Shown here: in pieces, positions 48,787 to 56,926 of the stretch
How positions within the stretch are numbered: position 1 is the stretch's first letter
How the letters are laid out: the number at the start of each line of letters is the position of its first letter
From: a virus
Taxonomy: Duplodnaviria; Caudoviricetes
Direction: 5' to 3' (one strand)
IMG/VR virus record: IMGVR_UViG_3300042987_001364
Location: 1-62,900 of that record
Length of the DNA: 62,900 nucleotides
Made by a program: the position numbers and the translations under genes
The notes under the pieces: generated by a model
Told to the model about the DNA's origin: nothing
Seen by the model: the letters and a program-made list of their open reading frames with translations, nothing else
The model's database searches: none

Positions 48787-48897
48787 TGTAGCTCAACTGA
48801 AAGCTGGCATATATTGAAACCAGCTAGTCGGCAGACGAAAGATAGAGCGGCCTCGGCAGGGGACGGTTGCGGGTTTGAATCCCGTCATCAACAACCA
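48781..48897 (+). ncRNA. tRNA-like RNA lacking an anticodon, with expanded D-loop
   Basis: 8-bp acceptor, TA, D-stem GCTC/GAGC, T-arm GCGGG-TTTGAAT-CCCGT, A-CCA end; anticodon loop replaced by a GGCA tetraloop. Confidence 0.75.
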
Positions 48898-49024
48898 ACA
48901 CGCATGGCGATTGGACTCTAAGATAGCGCGAAATCTTGGTAAGCCCATCAATAGTCCGAAGTCCTGGCGCTAGAGGTATTCTTCGGATGCGGTGAGCCAG
49001 ATAGCCAGTCGCCAGCCGTGTTGG
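48895..49024 (+). ncRNA. Three-way-junction RNA motif, copy 2
   Basis: CCAACACG-ca-TGGCGATTGG ... CCAGTCGCCA-gc-CGTGTTGG. Confidence 0.75.
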
Positions 49025-49128
49025 GGGAAGTACTGAGTGCCACAGTGCACTATTGTTACTGTGTTCCTACCTGTTAGCATGCTACTCATTACAACACATG
49101 CCACGGGGCATGAACTTGGAGAGTCTGT

Positions 49129-49425
49129 ATGAACCGCATCCCGTCAGTACCTAACATCCCTGTTCTGTCGAAGCCAGAGCGTAACTTTACATACGGAGAG
49201 TTGCGGCAGAAATGTGACAAGCTACAGGATGAAGTTCGTCGGCTGCAGGATATCGTGGATCATCAGCACGCGATCATCTTGAGCCAGCAGCCCATGATGG
49301 CTCATCTTCAATGGGAGGCATCGAAGTGGCAGCACTTCAAGAGGATCATGGAGAAGGAACAGGGTACGGCCGCAGTTGCGGAGGCAGAGCACGCGGTACA
49401 ACAACGCATGGCGGGGTTGATTTGA
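49129..49425 (+). CDS. Hypothetical coiled-coil protein
   Basis: SD ggaga; first ORF after the RNA array. Confidence 0.6.
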   Translation: MNRIPSVPNIPVLSKPERNFTYGELRQKCDKLQDEVRRLQDIVDHQHAIILSQQPMMAHLQWEASKWQHFKRIMEKEQGTAAVAEAEHAVQQRMAGLI

Positions 49426-49433
49426 GGTGATAG

Positions 49434-49634
49434 GTGAAGAATAGGTATCGGATCAAAAGCACAGAGATAGGCAGTTTCAGTATCGATGTTAAGTATTGGT
49501 GGTGGCCGTTCTGGATTCCTGCCACGAATACAAGTTATGGAACAGTTGATGAAGCAAGATCGGCAACGATGAAGTTGATAAATGCCGGACGAATTGTTGA
49601 GGAAGTGCGTGAGGGGAATAACAACAAACAATAG
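49434..49634 (+). CDS. Hypothetical protein
   Basis: SD gaggt; KYWWWPFW motif. Confidence 0.5.
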   Translation: MKNRYRIKSTEIGSFSIDVKYWWWPFWIPATNTSYGTVDEARSATMKLINAGRIVEEVREGNNNKQ

Positions 49635-49903
49635 GTAAAACACAATGGGTTGGTACGAGCTGTTCGAACAAGGTTTCGAAGAGGGAATGAAAACGGGTGT
49701 AGCGATAGGCGTGTTGTTTGGTATCGCTCTGACATGCGGTATTGGTTTGTTCTACGTAATGGTGATTCGATGACTGAAGAGCAAAAGAAGATTTGGAATG
49801 ACGCAATTGATTCGGTACTTGAGTTATTGCGCATCCATCCTCCGAGCCGCATCGGAGAGGCAGCATTCATGCGGCGCTTAATAAACCTTAAGGAGAAACT
49901 AAA

Positions 49904-50329
49904 GTGAAATCAGTCTCATCGTTGTCGGTTGCACCTGCGGCTAGTGAATGGTCAGTCAACATCCCAGAGGCCCCGGCTAAACCGGAACGATCTGTTTCAA
50001 CAGTCTGGACAAACTCAGACAGTCTGGCACCTACGAACGATGCGATCCGCATGGTGCTAAGGATGTCCAGGGTAAACGCACAAAGAGGTACGGCTCCCAT
50101 AGAGCGGCCGTCACAACAGCCTGTAGAGCCCGAGACCACACAGCCTACAGAGTCTAAGTTGAGAAAGATCGCACGGGCTACATTGATGGGCTTAGGAATG
50201 CTCATCGCGGTGCCTGGGGCGCTTGCAGCGGCGTTATCGGTGATTGCTATCGGACCGATCGGATTGGCAATCGCGGTGGGCGCGTTCGTCGTCGGCGGTG
50301 CTATCTTGGGCGTAGCTTGTAAGGTCTAA
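49904..50329 (+). CDS. Membrane protein with C-terminal bilobed hydrophobic domain
   Basis: SD aaggag; S/P/T-rich N-terminus; about 45-aa hydrophobic hairpin. Confidence 0.65.
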   Translation: MKSVSSLSVAPAASEWSVNIPEAPAKPERSVSTVWTNSDSLAPTNDAIRMVLRMSRVNAQRGTAPIERPSQQPVEPETTQPTESKLRKIARATLMGLGMLIAVPGALAAALSVIAIGPIGLAIAVGAFVVGGAILGVACKV

Positions 50330-50339
50330 GGAAAAAGTT

Positions 50340-50891
50340 ATGGGCAACGGCGTCAGCAAGACATATCCGGTTGGCATCATCAGAAATAGTCCGACCAGGG
50401 TTAATTTCGGAAGACCAGAAGTCCGGGTATATAACGAGCACGAATGGGATACAAAGCCGTTGCTCAACACTCATGAAGTACGCCGCATCGAGGCAAAGAT
50501 CAGAGCAGCCGAGGTGCGGCCCATAGAACGAGTATCGCCACAAATAAAACTCACTGCTCCGAAGTACAAGTGGTGGCAAAAAGCACTAATGATTGATGGC
50601 GATAAAATGGTATCCGCTTTTTGCGCGGGATTCCTAGTGTCGGCGGCTTTGTTTGTACCAATGGGGCCCGCGTCATTTATATTCACCGGGCTTGCGGTGA
50701 CGTATGTTGTCGCATGTCTTTTGTATCAGAAATACCACAAGCCACCCCAAGTTAATCATCAGCATGAGATGGCGAAGCATAAAGCAGCACAACACATGCT
50801 TAAGCTTGCCAAGAAATACGAGCGTGCTGGGCTCGAAGTTGACGCAAAACTTTATCTAAAGATGGCTAACAAATATCTAAAAGCAAAATGA
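50340..50891 (+). CDS. Membrane protein with internal bilobed hydrophobic domain
   Basis: SD taagga; MGNGVS start; hydrophobic MVSAF...VVACLL segment. Confidence 0.65.
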   Translation: MGNGVSKTYPVGIIRNSPTRVNFGRPEVRVYNEHEWDTKPLLNTHEVRRIEAKIRAAEVRPIERVSPQIKLTAPKYKWWQKALMIDGDKMVSAFCAGFLVSAALFVPMGPASFIFTGLAVTYVVACLLYQKYHKPPQVNHQHEMAKHKAAQHMLKLAKKYERAGLEVDAKLYLKMANKYLKAK

Positions 50892-51058
50892 AACTATACG
50901 ACGTCCCGAGAGATACACGCATCGCCGTCAAGCTAGACGATGGCACCGTAGAAAAACTGAACTTTAGCCACATCGATGGCATGTACAGCTATTGCACCGA
51001 CGATGCCGGCAACGTAGTTCACCTAGCAGCATGGACAGAAGTGGAGATTGAGAAATGA
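50888..51058 (+). CDS. Small phage protein (56 aa, not in the ORF track)
   Basis: MKLYDVPRDTRI...FSHIDGMYSYC...VVHLAAWTEVE; ATGA overlaps at both ends. Confidence 0.65.
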   Translation: MKLYDVPRDTRIAVKLDDGTVEKLNFSHIDGMYSYCTDDAGNVVHLAAWTEVEIEK

Positions 51059-51414
51059 TTAAAGGTTTTGGCGAAACTATCGAATCAGTGCGGTTGGGCG
51101 AGGACGACGCGCTTTATATTGATTTTAAATGGCGAGGTGCATTAAAGATTAGCGACGACGGACAGAGCTGCTGTGAGCACAGGTACATGACCACTGACGA
51201 TAACTTGCAGGATTTTGCCGGGGCTGACTTTCTAGGGCTTGAGATCAAGCAAGCGCCCTATACCGAAGATGTAGACGGCAATACGCACGAAGTGCAATTC
51301 CTCGAAATAAAGACCAGCAAAGGCTGTTTCACAATTGCTACCCATAATGAGCACAACGGATACTACGGCGGCTTTTCTATTGTGCTGGAAGGAGTGAATG
51401 ATGAAAACGCCTAA
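51055..51414 (+). CDS. Conserved phage protein
   Basis: QSCCE and HNEHNGYYGG motifs. Confidence 0.65.
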   Translation: MIKGFGETIESVRLGEDDALYIDFKWRGALKISDDGQSCCEHRYMTTDDNLQDFAGADFLGLEIKQAPYTEDVDGNTHEVQFLEIKTSKGCFTIATHNEHNGYYGGFSIVLEGVNDENA

Positions 51415-51661
51415 GGACTCATTTCACGAAAAGAAGCTTCGCAAGAAAGTGCTTAAGAAACAGGAAAAGTGGCTGGGCTACCAAATGGATACGTTGGTAA
51501 TGGCTCGACGGTATGCGTACTTGATGGCTAATTTCGAAGCAAATTTATTGTATCTACTGCAAGGCAAGGAAGGAGAAGATGTGGACACCTTGATTGATGA
51601 GCGGATTAGGTTTGGAGATTTTTATAAAGAAGTGAAGGGGTCGAACGATGAAACCGAATGA
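51398..51661 (+). CDS. Hypothetical protein
   Basis: SD ggag; coupled to its neighbours. Confidence 0.55.
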   Translation: MMKTPKDSFHEKKLRKKVLKKQEKWLGYQMDTLVMARRYAYLMANFEANLLYLLQGKEGEDVDTLIDERIRFGDFYKEVKGSNDETE

Positions 51662-51839
51662 AAATGAAATAGTGCGAATGGCAAAAGAAGCTGGTTTCCT
51701 GCGACACCCACTTGGAGTAGTAGTGTGCAACCCGCACGAGATGTTTAAGTTTGCCGACATGGTATTCGCCGCTGGAGCTGAGGCCGAGCGCAATCGGATA
51801 CTGGACGTTTGCAAAAACGGTTTGGAGATTGATAAATGA
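51648..51839 (+). CDS. Modular small-ORF family protein
   Basis: IVRMAKEAG...FA...AEAER. Confidence 0.6.
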   Translation: MKPNENEIVRMAKEAGFLRHPLGVVVCNPHEMFKFADMVFAAGAEAERNRILDVCKNGLEIDK

Positions 51840-52127
51840 ATTGGGATGAATACAACAATCAATCTTGCCTTGGACGATCAGCGCGAGATCATCGCCTCAT
51901 GGGTAGCCGACATGTGCCAAGGGCTTGATGCCAACACTATCGCAGAGGCAATAAGGAGAGATGGGAATGAATGAAGACAACATGTTTGGGTTTGGGCTGA
52001 TGCCGGTGAAATTCGAAGGGGGAATTCGTAACCCCGATGAATTGCTCTGGGAGTGCGACTGTGAGAAGTGCCAAGAAAGATACAAAAAGTGGAAAGCGGT
52101 TTTTGAGGAAGAACAAGCGAGGCTCAG

Positions 52128-52481
52128 ATGAGTCTTACGATTAGACACTGCCTGCTGGCACTGCTGTTCATCCCCACGTCTGGCTGGGCACAGGCGGATC
52201 AATTCCACACCTTCACCGTTGAGGATGCGACCTTCACCCTGATGCCCAGTTCCATGCGGATGGAAAACAAACTGCTGGTCGCGCAGTGGAGTGTATCGAC
52301 GCCGAGCCAGTCATGGCGCTGGAAAGTGCATATAAGCGATTGCAGCAAGCCCTACGGCACCATTCATACGAAAATGGATCGCACCGAGCGCACGGATGAG
52401 TGGTCAGTCGAAGGGCTTAGGGCGTATGACTTCCTCGCCGCATATACCTGCATCTCATACGCCTTGAAGGACAAGAAATGA
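52128..52481 (+). CDS. Putative secreted/periplasmic protein
   Basis: Signal-peptide-like LLALLFIPTSGWAQA. Confidence 0.55.
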   Translation: MSLTIRHCLLALLFIPTSGWAQADQFHTFTVEDATFTLMPSSMRMENKLLVAQWSVSTPSQSWRWKVHISDCSKPYGTIHTKMDRTERTDEWSVEGLRAYDFLAAYTCISYALKDKK

Positions 52482-52864
52482 GCATCGAAGCCATGAAGAT
52501 GGCGCTTGAGGCGTTGGAGTACTTTGACGGTGAATACGACGTAAAGGATGAAATCACCGCCCTTCGCGCCGCCATAGCCGAGGCCGAGCAGCTTACGAAT
52601 GTGCAGCAGGAGATGGAGCAGGAGCCGGTGGCGTTGCAGCACAAGCACGAATGGTTCAGAACGGGCGGCATGGAACCGGGGCAGTCTCGATGCATTCACT
52701 GCGGAGCATGGGCGAAAGAAATTGACCCACCCCACCGCGAATGGGTTGAGCTGACGGATAACGATATTTTGTGGATTAAGCGCGAGTTTAGAGGAACACT
52801 TAATGTGCAGTTTGAAGACTTTGCCCGCGCCATTGAAGCCAATCTGAAGGAAAAGAACTCGTGA
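52478..52864 (+). CDS. Modular small-ORF family protein
   Basis: MSIEAMKMALEALE...QEMEQEPVA...REWVELT...ARAIEANLKEKN. Confidence 0.65.
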   Translation: MSIEAMKMALEALEYFDGEYDVKDEITALRAAIAEAEQLTNVQQEMEQEPVALQHKHEWFRTGGMEPGQSRCIHCGAWAKEIDPPHREWVELTDNDILWIKREFRGTLNVQFEDFARAIEANLKEKNS

Positions 52865-53349
52865 CGGAAAACACTGAAATTTGTCGCATCAACGCAGATG
52901 GCACTACAACCTATTACTGGGACAACATTGAAGCGCAAGCACAGAGATGGCAGCCGGGATGCGACGACTTTTCGGTTAATCTATCAAAGCTGCTCCTGCC
53001 GCTGCGTCCGAGCCGCGAGTGGGTTGGGCTTACGGATGCGCAGCAAGACTGGTCTGAAGTAGAAGCCCTGCGCGAAAGTTTGCGAGAGCACATGGCCGAG
53101 ATTCATCGGCTCAGGTCTGAACTTGCCATGCAGCGGCTTACAGATGTGCAGCAGGAGATGGAGCAGGAGCCAGCCATTTATCCGGAAGAAGCACGCGATA
53201 TGGGGCTGGAAGAGATTCCGTATTACACCCGCCCATCTCGCCGCGAGTGGGTTGGGCTGACGCTAGAAGAAGTTCAGGACTCGTACAACGCCGACTATCA
53301 AGCACAAACTCGCGCTATCGAATCCAAGCTAAAGGAAAAGAACACATGA
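52861..53349 (+). CDS. Modular small-ORF family protein
   Basis: Two REWVGLT modules, QQEMEQEP, RAIESKLKEKN. Confidence 0.65.
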   Translation: MTENTEICRINADGTTTYYWDNIEAQAQRWQPGCDDFSVNLSKLLLPLRPSREWVGLTDAQQDWSEVEALRESLREHMAEIHRLRSELAMQRLTDVQQEMEQEPAIYPEEARDMGLEEIPYYTRPSRREWVGLTLEEVQDSYNADYQAQTRAIESKLKEKNT

Positions 53350-53839
53350 CCGAAACCGTAAAAGCTAAATACAAAGCCAGCATCCCCGGCAAAAGCAGCA
53401 TTGAGATTGATTACGGAACTTTGCCGCTTGAGCTTAACAAGCTGATCGTGTGGATCATGACCAAACCAGAGGAAGCAATCGCACTGGTGCCGGAATATGA
53501 GCGGCTAAAGGGGGAATAACACGTGAGCGCAGGGCGTAACCGGCACAGTCGAAGCGGGCTACGCCGTAAGCAAGTAGCCAGACGCCAGACGGAAAAGCTT
53601 ATGACGAAGCTGGCACAGAGAGCGCGTCGGAAACAACAGAGATTGAAGCAGATCGGGCTGAAGGGAAAAAACGATGTGTGAGTATTACAACTTTCTCATA
53701 GCAATAACCGGCGGATTGATTGGTTGGATCATTGGATCGGTCGTCGGGTGGATAATATTCAAGTAAATGATAAAACATTGATTAAGTTATATATCTCACA
53801 CGACAATTCAATCTATTAAAACTCAGAAAGAAAATAACA

Positions 53840-54067
53840 ATGTCTGAGCCATTTATTGCTATCGGTAACGACGAGCTAGGCGGCGCACTTGGCGACACCA
53901 TCACCTGCCCAACGTGCGGGGGTGAGCATGTGATTGAGCAGAGCGGGCCATCTAAGTATCTCCAGTCCGACGGCACATGGGGTGTTGGGCCAGCGGGATT
54001 GATGCAGTTTTACAAGTGCGGCGAGGATACTTACGTGGCCGGGATCGGCGGGAAGAGGTTGAGATGA
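53840..54067 (+). CDS. Small zinc-ribbon protein
   Basis: ITCPTCGGEH...FYKCG...AGI. Confidence 0.55.
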   Translation: MSEPFIAIGNDELGGALGDTITCPTCGGEHVIEQSGPSKYLQSDGTWGVGPAGLMQFYKCGEDTYVAGIGGKRLR

Positions 54068-54291
54068 CTAACAAGATATTTTTGATGCTATGTGTCGCAG
54101 CGTTGGCAGGTTGCGGCGAATCTCGCCCTCCACGAATCCCTCCCGATGATTGGATAAAGCTGGAAAGTGACGTTAGTTTGACTACCTATGTCGCGCCAAT
54201 AAAAATGCCTGACGGAACTCGTTGTCTTGTGGTGCTTGTTAGTGGCTACGCCAACAGAGCCATAAGCTGTGATTGGGAGGATAAGAAATGA
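54064..54291 (+). CDS. Putative lipoprotein
   Basis: MTNKIFLMLCVAALAGC lipobox; DGTRC...AISCDW. Confidence 0.65.
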   Translation: MTNKIFLMLCVAALAGCGESRPPRIPPDDWIKLESDVSLTTYVAPIKMPDGTRCLVVLVSGYANRAISCDWEDKK

Positions 54292-54578
54292 CCCGCGAAG
54301 ACATCATCCGCTGGGCGCGCGAGGCGGGGTGGAATGGCATTTATTCCAAACCTCTAATGAAAATTGCCATGCAAGAGAAGGACTTCTTGCGCTTTGCCTC
54401 ATTAGCTTACGCCGCTGGTGCCGCCACCGAACGCCAGGCGTGTGAACTTATCTGTCATGAAATAAAAATGCAAAACAAATTCCAAAACGCGGACGATCAG
54501 TACGACGATTGGAACCATGGTATAGCCCACGGCGCGGAATTGTGCAGAAATGCGATTAGAGCAAGGGGTAAACAATGA
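54288..54578 (+). CDS. Modular small-ORF family protein
   Basis: MTREDIIRWAREAG...ATERQAC...AIRARG. Confidence 0.7.
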   Translation: MTREDIIRWAREAGWNGIYSKPLMKIAMQEKDFLRFASLAYAAGAATERQACELICHEIKMQNKFQNADDQYDDWNHGIAHGAELCRNAIRARGKQ

Positions 54579-54898
54579 CTGACGAAGATGAGCAGCAATT
54601 AGAGTTGTTAAACGAAGCGGTAGAAAGTGCAATTGAAGCGAGAACTGCGTGGCTCGACGAGCGCATGCCAAAGTACGCAAAATTCGCCATCGGTGAAGAT
54701 TTATACAATTTAGAAACCGGGGAGCTTCTTGGCACGGTCAAAGGATATTACCGCTATTGGGCTGAGCATGATGTTATGCACGACACCTCAATGGACATTG
54801 ATTACGAAATTCACGTCGGGGGCTGCGTCTATGACAACACCAGCCGCTACGCAGGGAGTATTTCGATAGGTCGAAAAACGGATCAGGAGAACAATTAA
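54575..54898 (+). CDS. Hypothetical protein
   Basis: ATGA-coupled; DNTSR motif. Confidence 0.55.
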   Translation: MTDEDEQQLELLNEAVESAIEARTAWLDERMPKYAKFAIGEDLYNLETGELLGTVKGYYRYWAEHDVMHDTSMDIDYEIHVGGCVYDNTSRYAGSISIGRKTDQENN

Positions 54899-55180
54899 AT
54901 GAACCGCGACGACATTATCCGCATGGCGCGGGAAGCTGGGGTTTTGTCAGGGTATGACTCTGATTTGTTCCAACGCTTTGCCGCTCTTGTCGCTGCTGCC
55001 GTACTTTCGCGCAAGCCGCTAATACAAGAAGACGTGGATTTTCTTGTTACGAGATATAGCTCGTTTAAAAAACATTGGGTTGAGGGCGAAGTATTTGCAA
55101 ATTGGGAATGCGATGGAGCAGCATTAGTTCGGGCCGTGGAGCGCGCGCATGGAATTGGGGGACAAAATGAACCGCGATGA
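54899..55180 (+). CDS. Modular small-ORF family protein
   Basis: MNRDDIIRMAREAG...RAVERAHGI. Confidence 0.7.
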   Translation: MNRDDIIRMAREAGVLSGYDSDLFQRFAALVAAAVLSRKPLIQEDVDFLVTRYSSFKKHWVEGEVFANWECDGAALVRAVERAHGIGGQNEPR

Positions 55181-55430
55181 CATCATCCGTATGGCGCGTG
55201 AGGCTGGATGTAAAGACCTGCGTGAATTTGATTCTGAAATGCGCGACGACATTTTTATCAGCAATACGCAAGACCTTGAACGCTTCGCCGCCCTTGTTTC
55301 TGCTGCCGAGCGTGAGCGCATCGCAAGCCAGTGGGACGCGTTGCACGATCAATACATAAAAGACCCGCTGCGCCGGCAGATGATGCTGAGTTATGAGATG
55401 GTGGCAAGGATGATTAGGGGTCGAGCATGA
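55167..55430 (+). CDS. Modular small-ORF family protein
   Basis: MNRDDIIRMAREAG...ERFAALVSAAERE. Confidence 0.7.
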   Translation: MNRDDIIRMAREAGCKDLREFDSEMRDDIFISNTQDLERFAALVSAAERERIASQWDALHDQYIKDPLRRQMMLSYEMVARMIRGRA

Positions 55431-55642
55431 CCAATGTCGTGCGATTCACAGGCATCACCAAGCTGGATATGCCTGCCGATCATGTCATCGAGTCCGCTCT
55501 TGGCAAGCTGGAGGGGGTAGTCATCCTTGGTTACGACAAAGACGGGCAGGAATAATTCGCGTCTTCTTATGCCGACGGAGGCGATATGTTGTGGCTGCTA
55601 GAGCGAGCAAAGAAAGCACTCTTAGAGGTGGCAGATGAATGA
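55427..55642 (+). pseudogene. Small phage gene with an in-frame TAA
   Basis: MTNVVRFTGITKLD...GYDKDGQE*FASSYADGGDMLWLLERAKK; TAA at 55553-55555; the frame continues to an overlap with the next gene. Confidence 0.65.
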
Positions 55643-55910
55643 TATGCCGCGCGAAGAAGTAGCGCGATTGATCCGCGAGTCCGGCATGAGTTTCCATCTT
55701 GGCATGCCGCATGAAGCCGTGATTGAGCAAATGACACGGTTTGCCAGTATGTTGCGTGACGAAATGCTCGAAGCCGCAGAGCACGCCATCCAGTGCGCGA
55801 TGGAATTTGAGCGAGAGGCGTGTGCGAAGGTGGTCGAACACTACACAGGTGCATGGAGCGACGAAGGCTATGCACTCGCGCAAACCATCCGAGCCAGGGG
55901 GCAAGAATGA
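55635..55910 (+). CDS. Modular small-ORF family protein
   Basis: FEREACAKV...TIRARGQE. Confidence 0.65.
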   Translation: MNDMPREEVARLIRESGMSFHLGMPHEAVIEQMTRFASMLRDEMLEAAEHAIQCAMEFEREACAKVVEHYTGAWSDEGYALAQTIRARGQE

Positions 55911-56086
55911 AAGTGAATGAATACCAAGTCCTGCGGGACTGCATCGAGGCTGGCATAAACAGAGGGTGGGGGAAAGCACATAAGCACTCAGCCACACCAA
56001 CGGCGGAACAGATTAAAAGATTTATCGAAGAAGGAATTATGTTCGAGATATGCGAGTACTTCAATTTCGGAGTAGATGACGAATGA
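55907..56086 (+). CDS. Hypothetical protein
   Basis: MKVNEYQVLRDCIEAG...AHKH...EICEYFNF; ATGA-coupled. Confidence 0.6.
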   Translation: MKVNEYQVLRDCIEAGINRGWGKAHKHSATPTAEQIKRFIEEGIMFEICEYFNFGVDDE

Positions 56087-56616
56087 CATATAACTCAGAA
56101 GTTATATCAAAAGAATTGCTCATCGGATGTGGCAGGGATCACAGAAAGAAACTGTTTTTGCCGGGCAAAGATACATGGAATAACCTAGTAACACTGGATA
56201 TCAACCATCATCACAAGCCGGATGTAGTATGGGATTTGAACTTGGTCAGGTTACCATTCGCAGATAATGAGTTCCAAGAGATACACGCATATGAGGTGCT
56301 GGAACACGTAGGAACGCAAGGAGATTACAAGTTTTTATTCCGCCAGTTTGAGGAGTTTCATCGTATCCTAGCGCCGTCGGGTAAATTCTTCGCCTCAGTT
56401 CCGTCACCGGATTCTGAATGGGCATGGGGTGATCCGAGTCATACGAGAATCTTCCACCCGAACTGGCTTACGTTCCTGAGACAAAAGACATACGAAGAGC
56501 AGGTAGGTAAAACATCTATCAGCGATTTCAGATACTGCTATCGAGCAGATTTCGAGATTTTGTTTGCAGATATAAAAGAAAATACTTTCTATTTCATATT
56601 GGAGGCCATCAAGTAA
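56083..56616 (+). CDS. Class I SAM-dependent methyltransferase
   Basis: LLIGCG, VTLDI, DVVWDL, LPFADNEF, EVLEHV, RILAPSG and DPSH motifs. Confidence 0.85.
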   Translation: MTYNSEVISKELLIGCGRDHRKKLFLPGKDTWNNLVTLDINHHHKPDVVWDLNLVRLPFADNEFQEIHAYEVLEHVGTQGDYKFLFRQFEEFHRILAPSGKFFASVPSPDSEWAWGDPSHTRIFHPNWLTFLRQKTYEEQVGKTSISDFRYCYRADFEILFADIKENTFYFILEAIK

Positions 56617-56677
56617 CAAACCATCGTCGCTTCATCAGTAGTTCAGTACCGATAAATAAATTAAAACTGAGCCGAAA

Positions 56678-56926
56678 ATGGATAAAGATAGTTTGATTGA
56701 AGCACTGACCGAAGAGAACAACCAACTGCGCAAGCGCCTCGCGTTGCATTTCATGGATGCAACCGAAGAGGACAAGAGATACGCGGAGCAGTTATTCAAT
56801 GAACAGAGAGATGTAATCGCAGTACTTGAAGTAGAAGTAAGCGCACTCACCAAGTCCCGCGACGCATTCCAGGCGGACAACAGGCGTCTGAAGCGTAGGA
56901 TCGCAGCTTTGGAGGGGCGCAAATGA
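56678..56926 (+). CDS. Coiled-coil hypothetical protein
   Basis: SRDAFQADN...LKR; coupled to the helicase. Confidence 0.6.
   Translation: MDKDSLIEALTEENNQLRKRLALHFMDATEEDKRYAEQLFNEQRDVIAVLEVEVSALTKSRDAFQADNRRLKRRIAALEGRK

Noticed and set aside
48664-49024. Repeated CCAACACGCATG and CAGCCGTGTTGG as a mini-CRISPR array
   Set aside because: There are only two units; the repeats are the paired ends of a folded module rather than direct repeats around spacers. The Cas4-like gene is an ordinary recombination-module nuclease.
55553-55555. Stop-codon reassignment in this phage
   Set aside because: This is an isolated case. TAA, TAG and TGA all end well-defined genes, gene density is high under code 11, and there is no suppressor tRNA.
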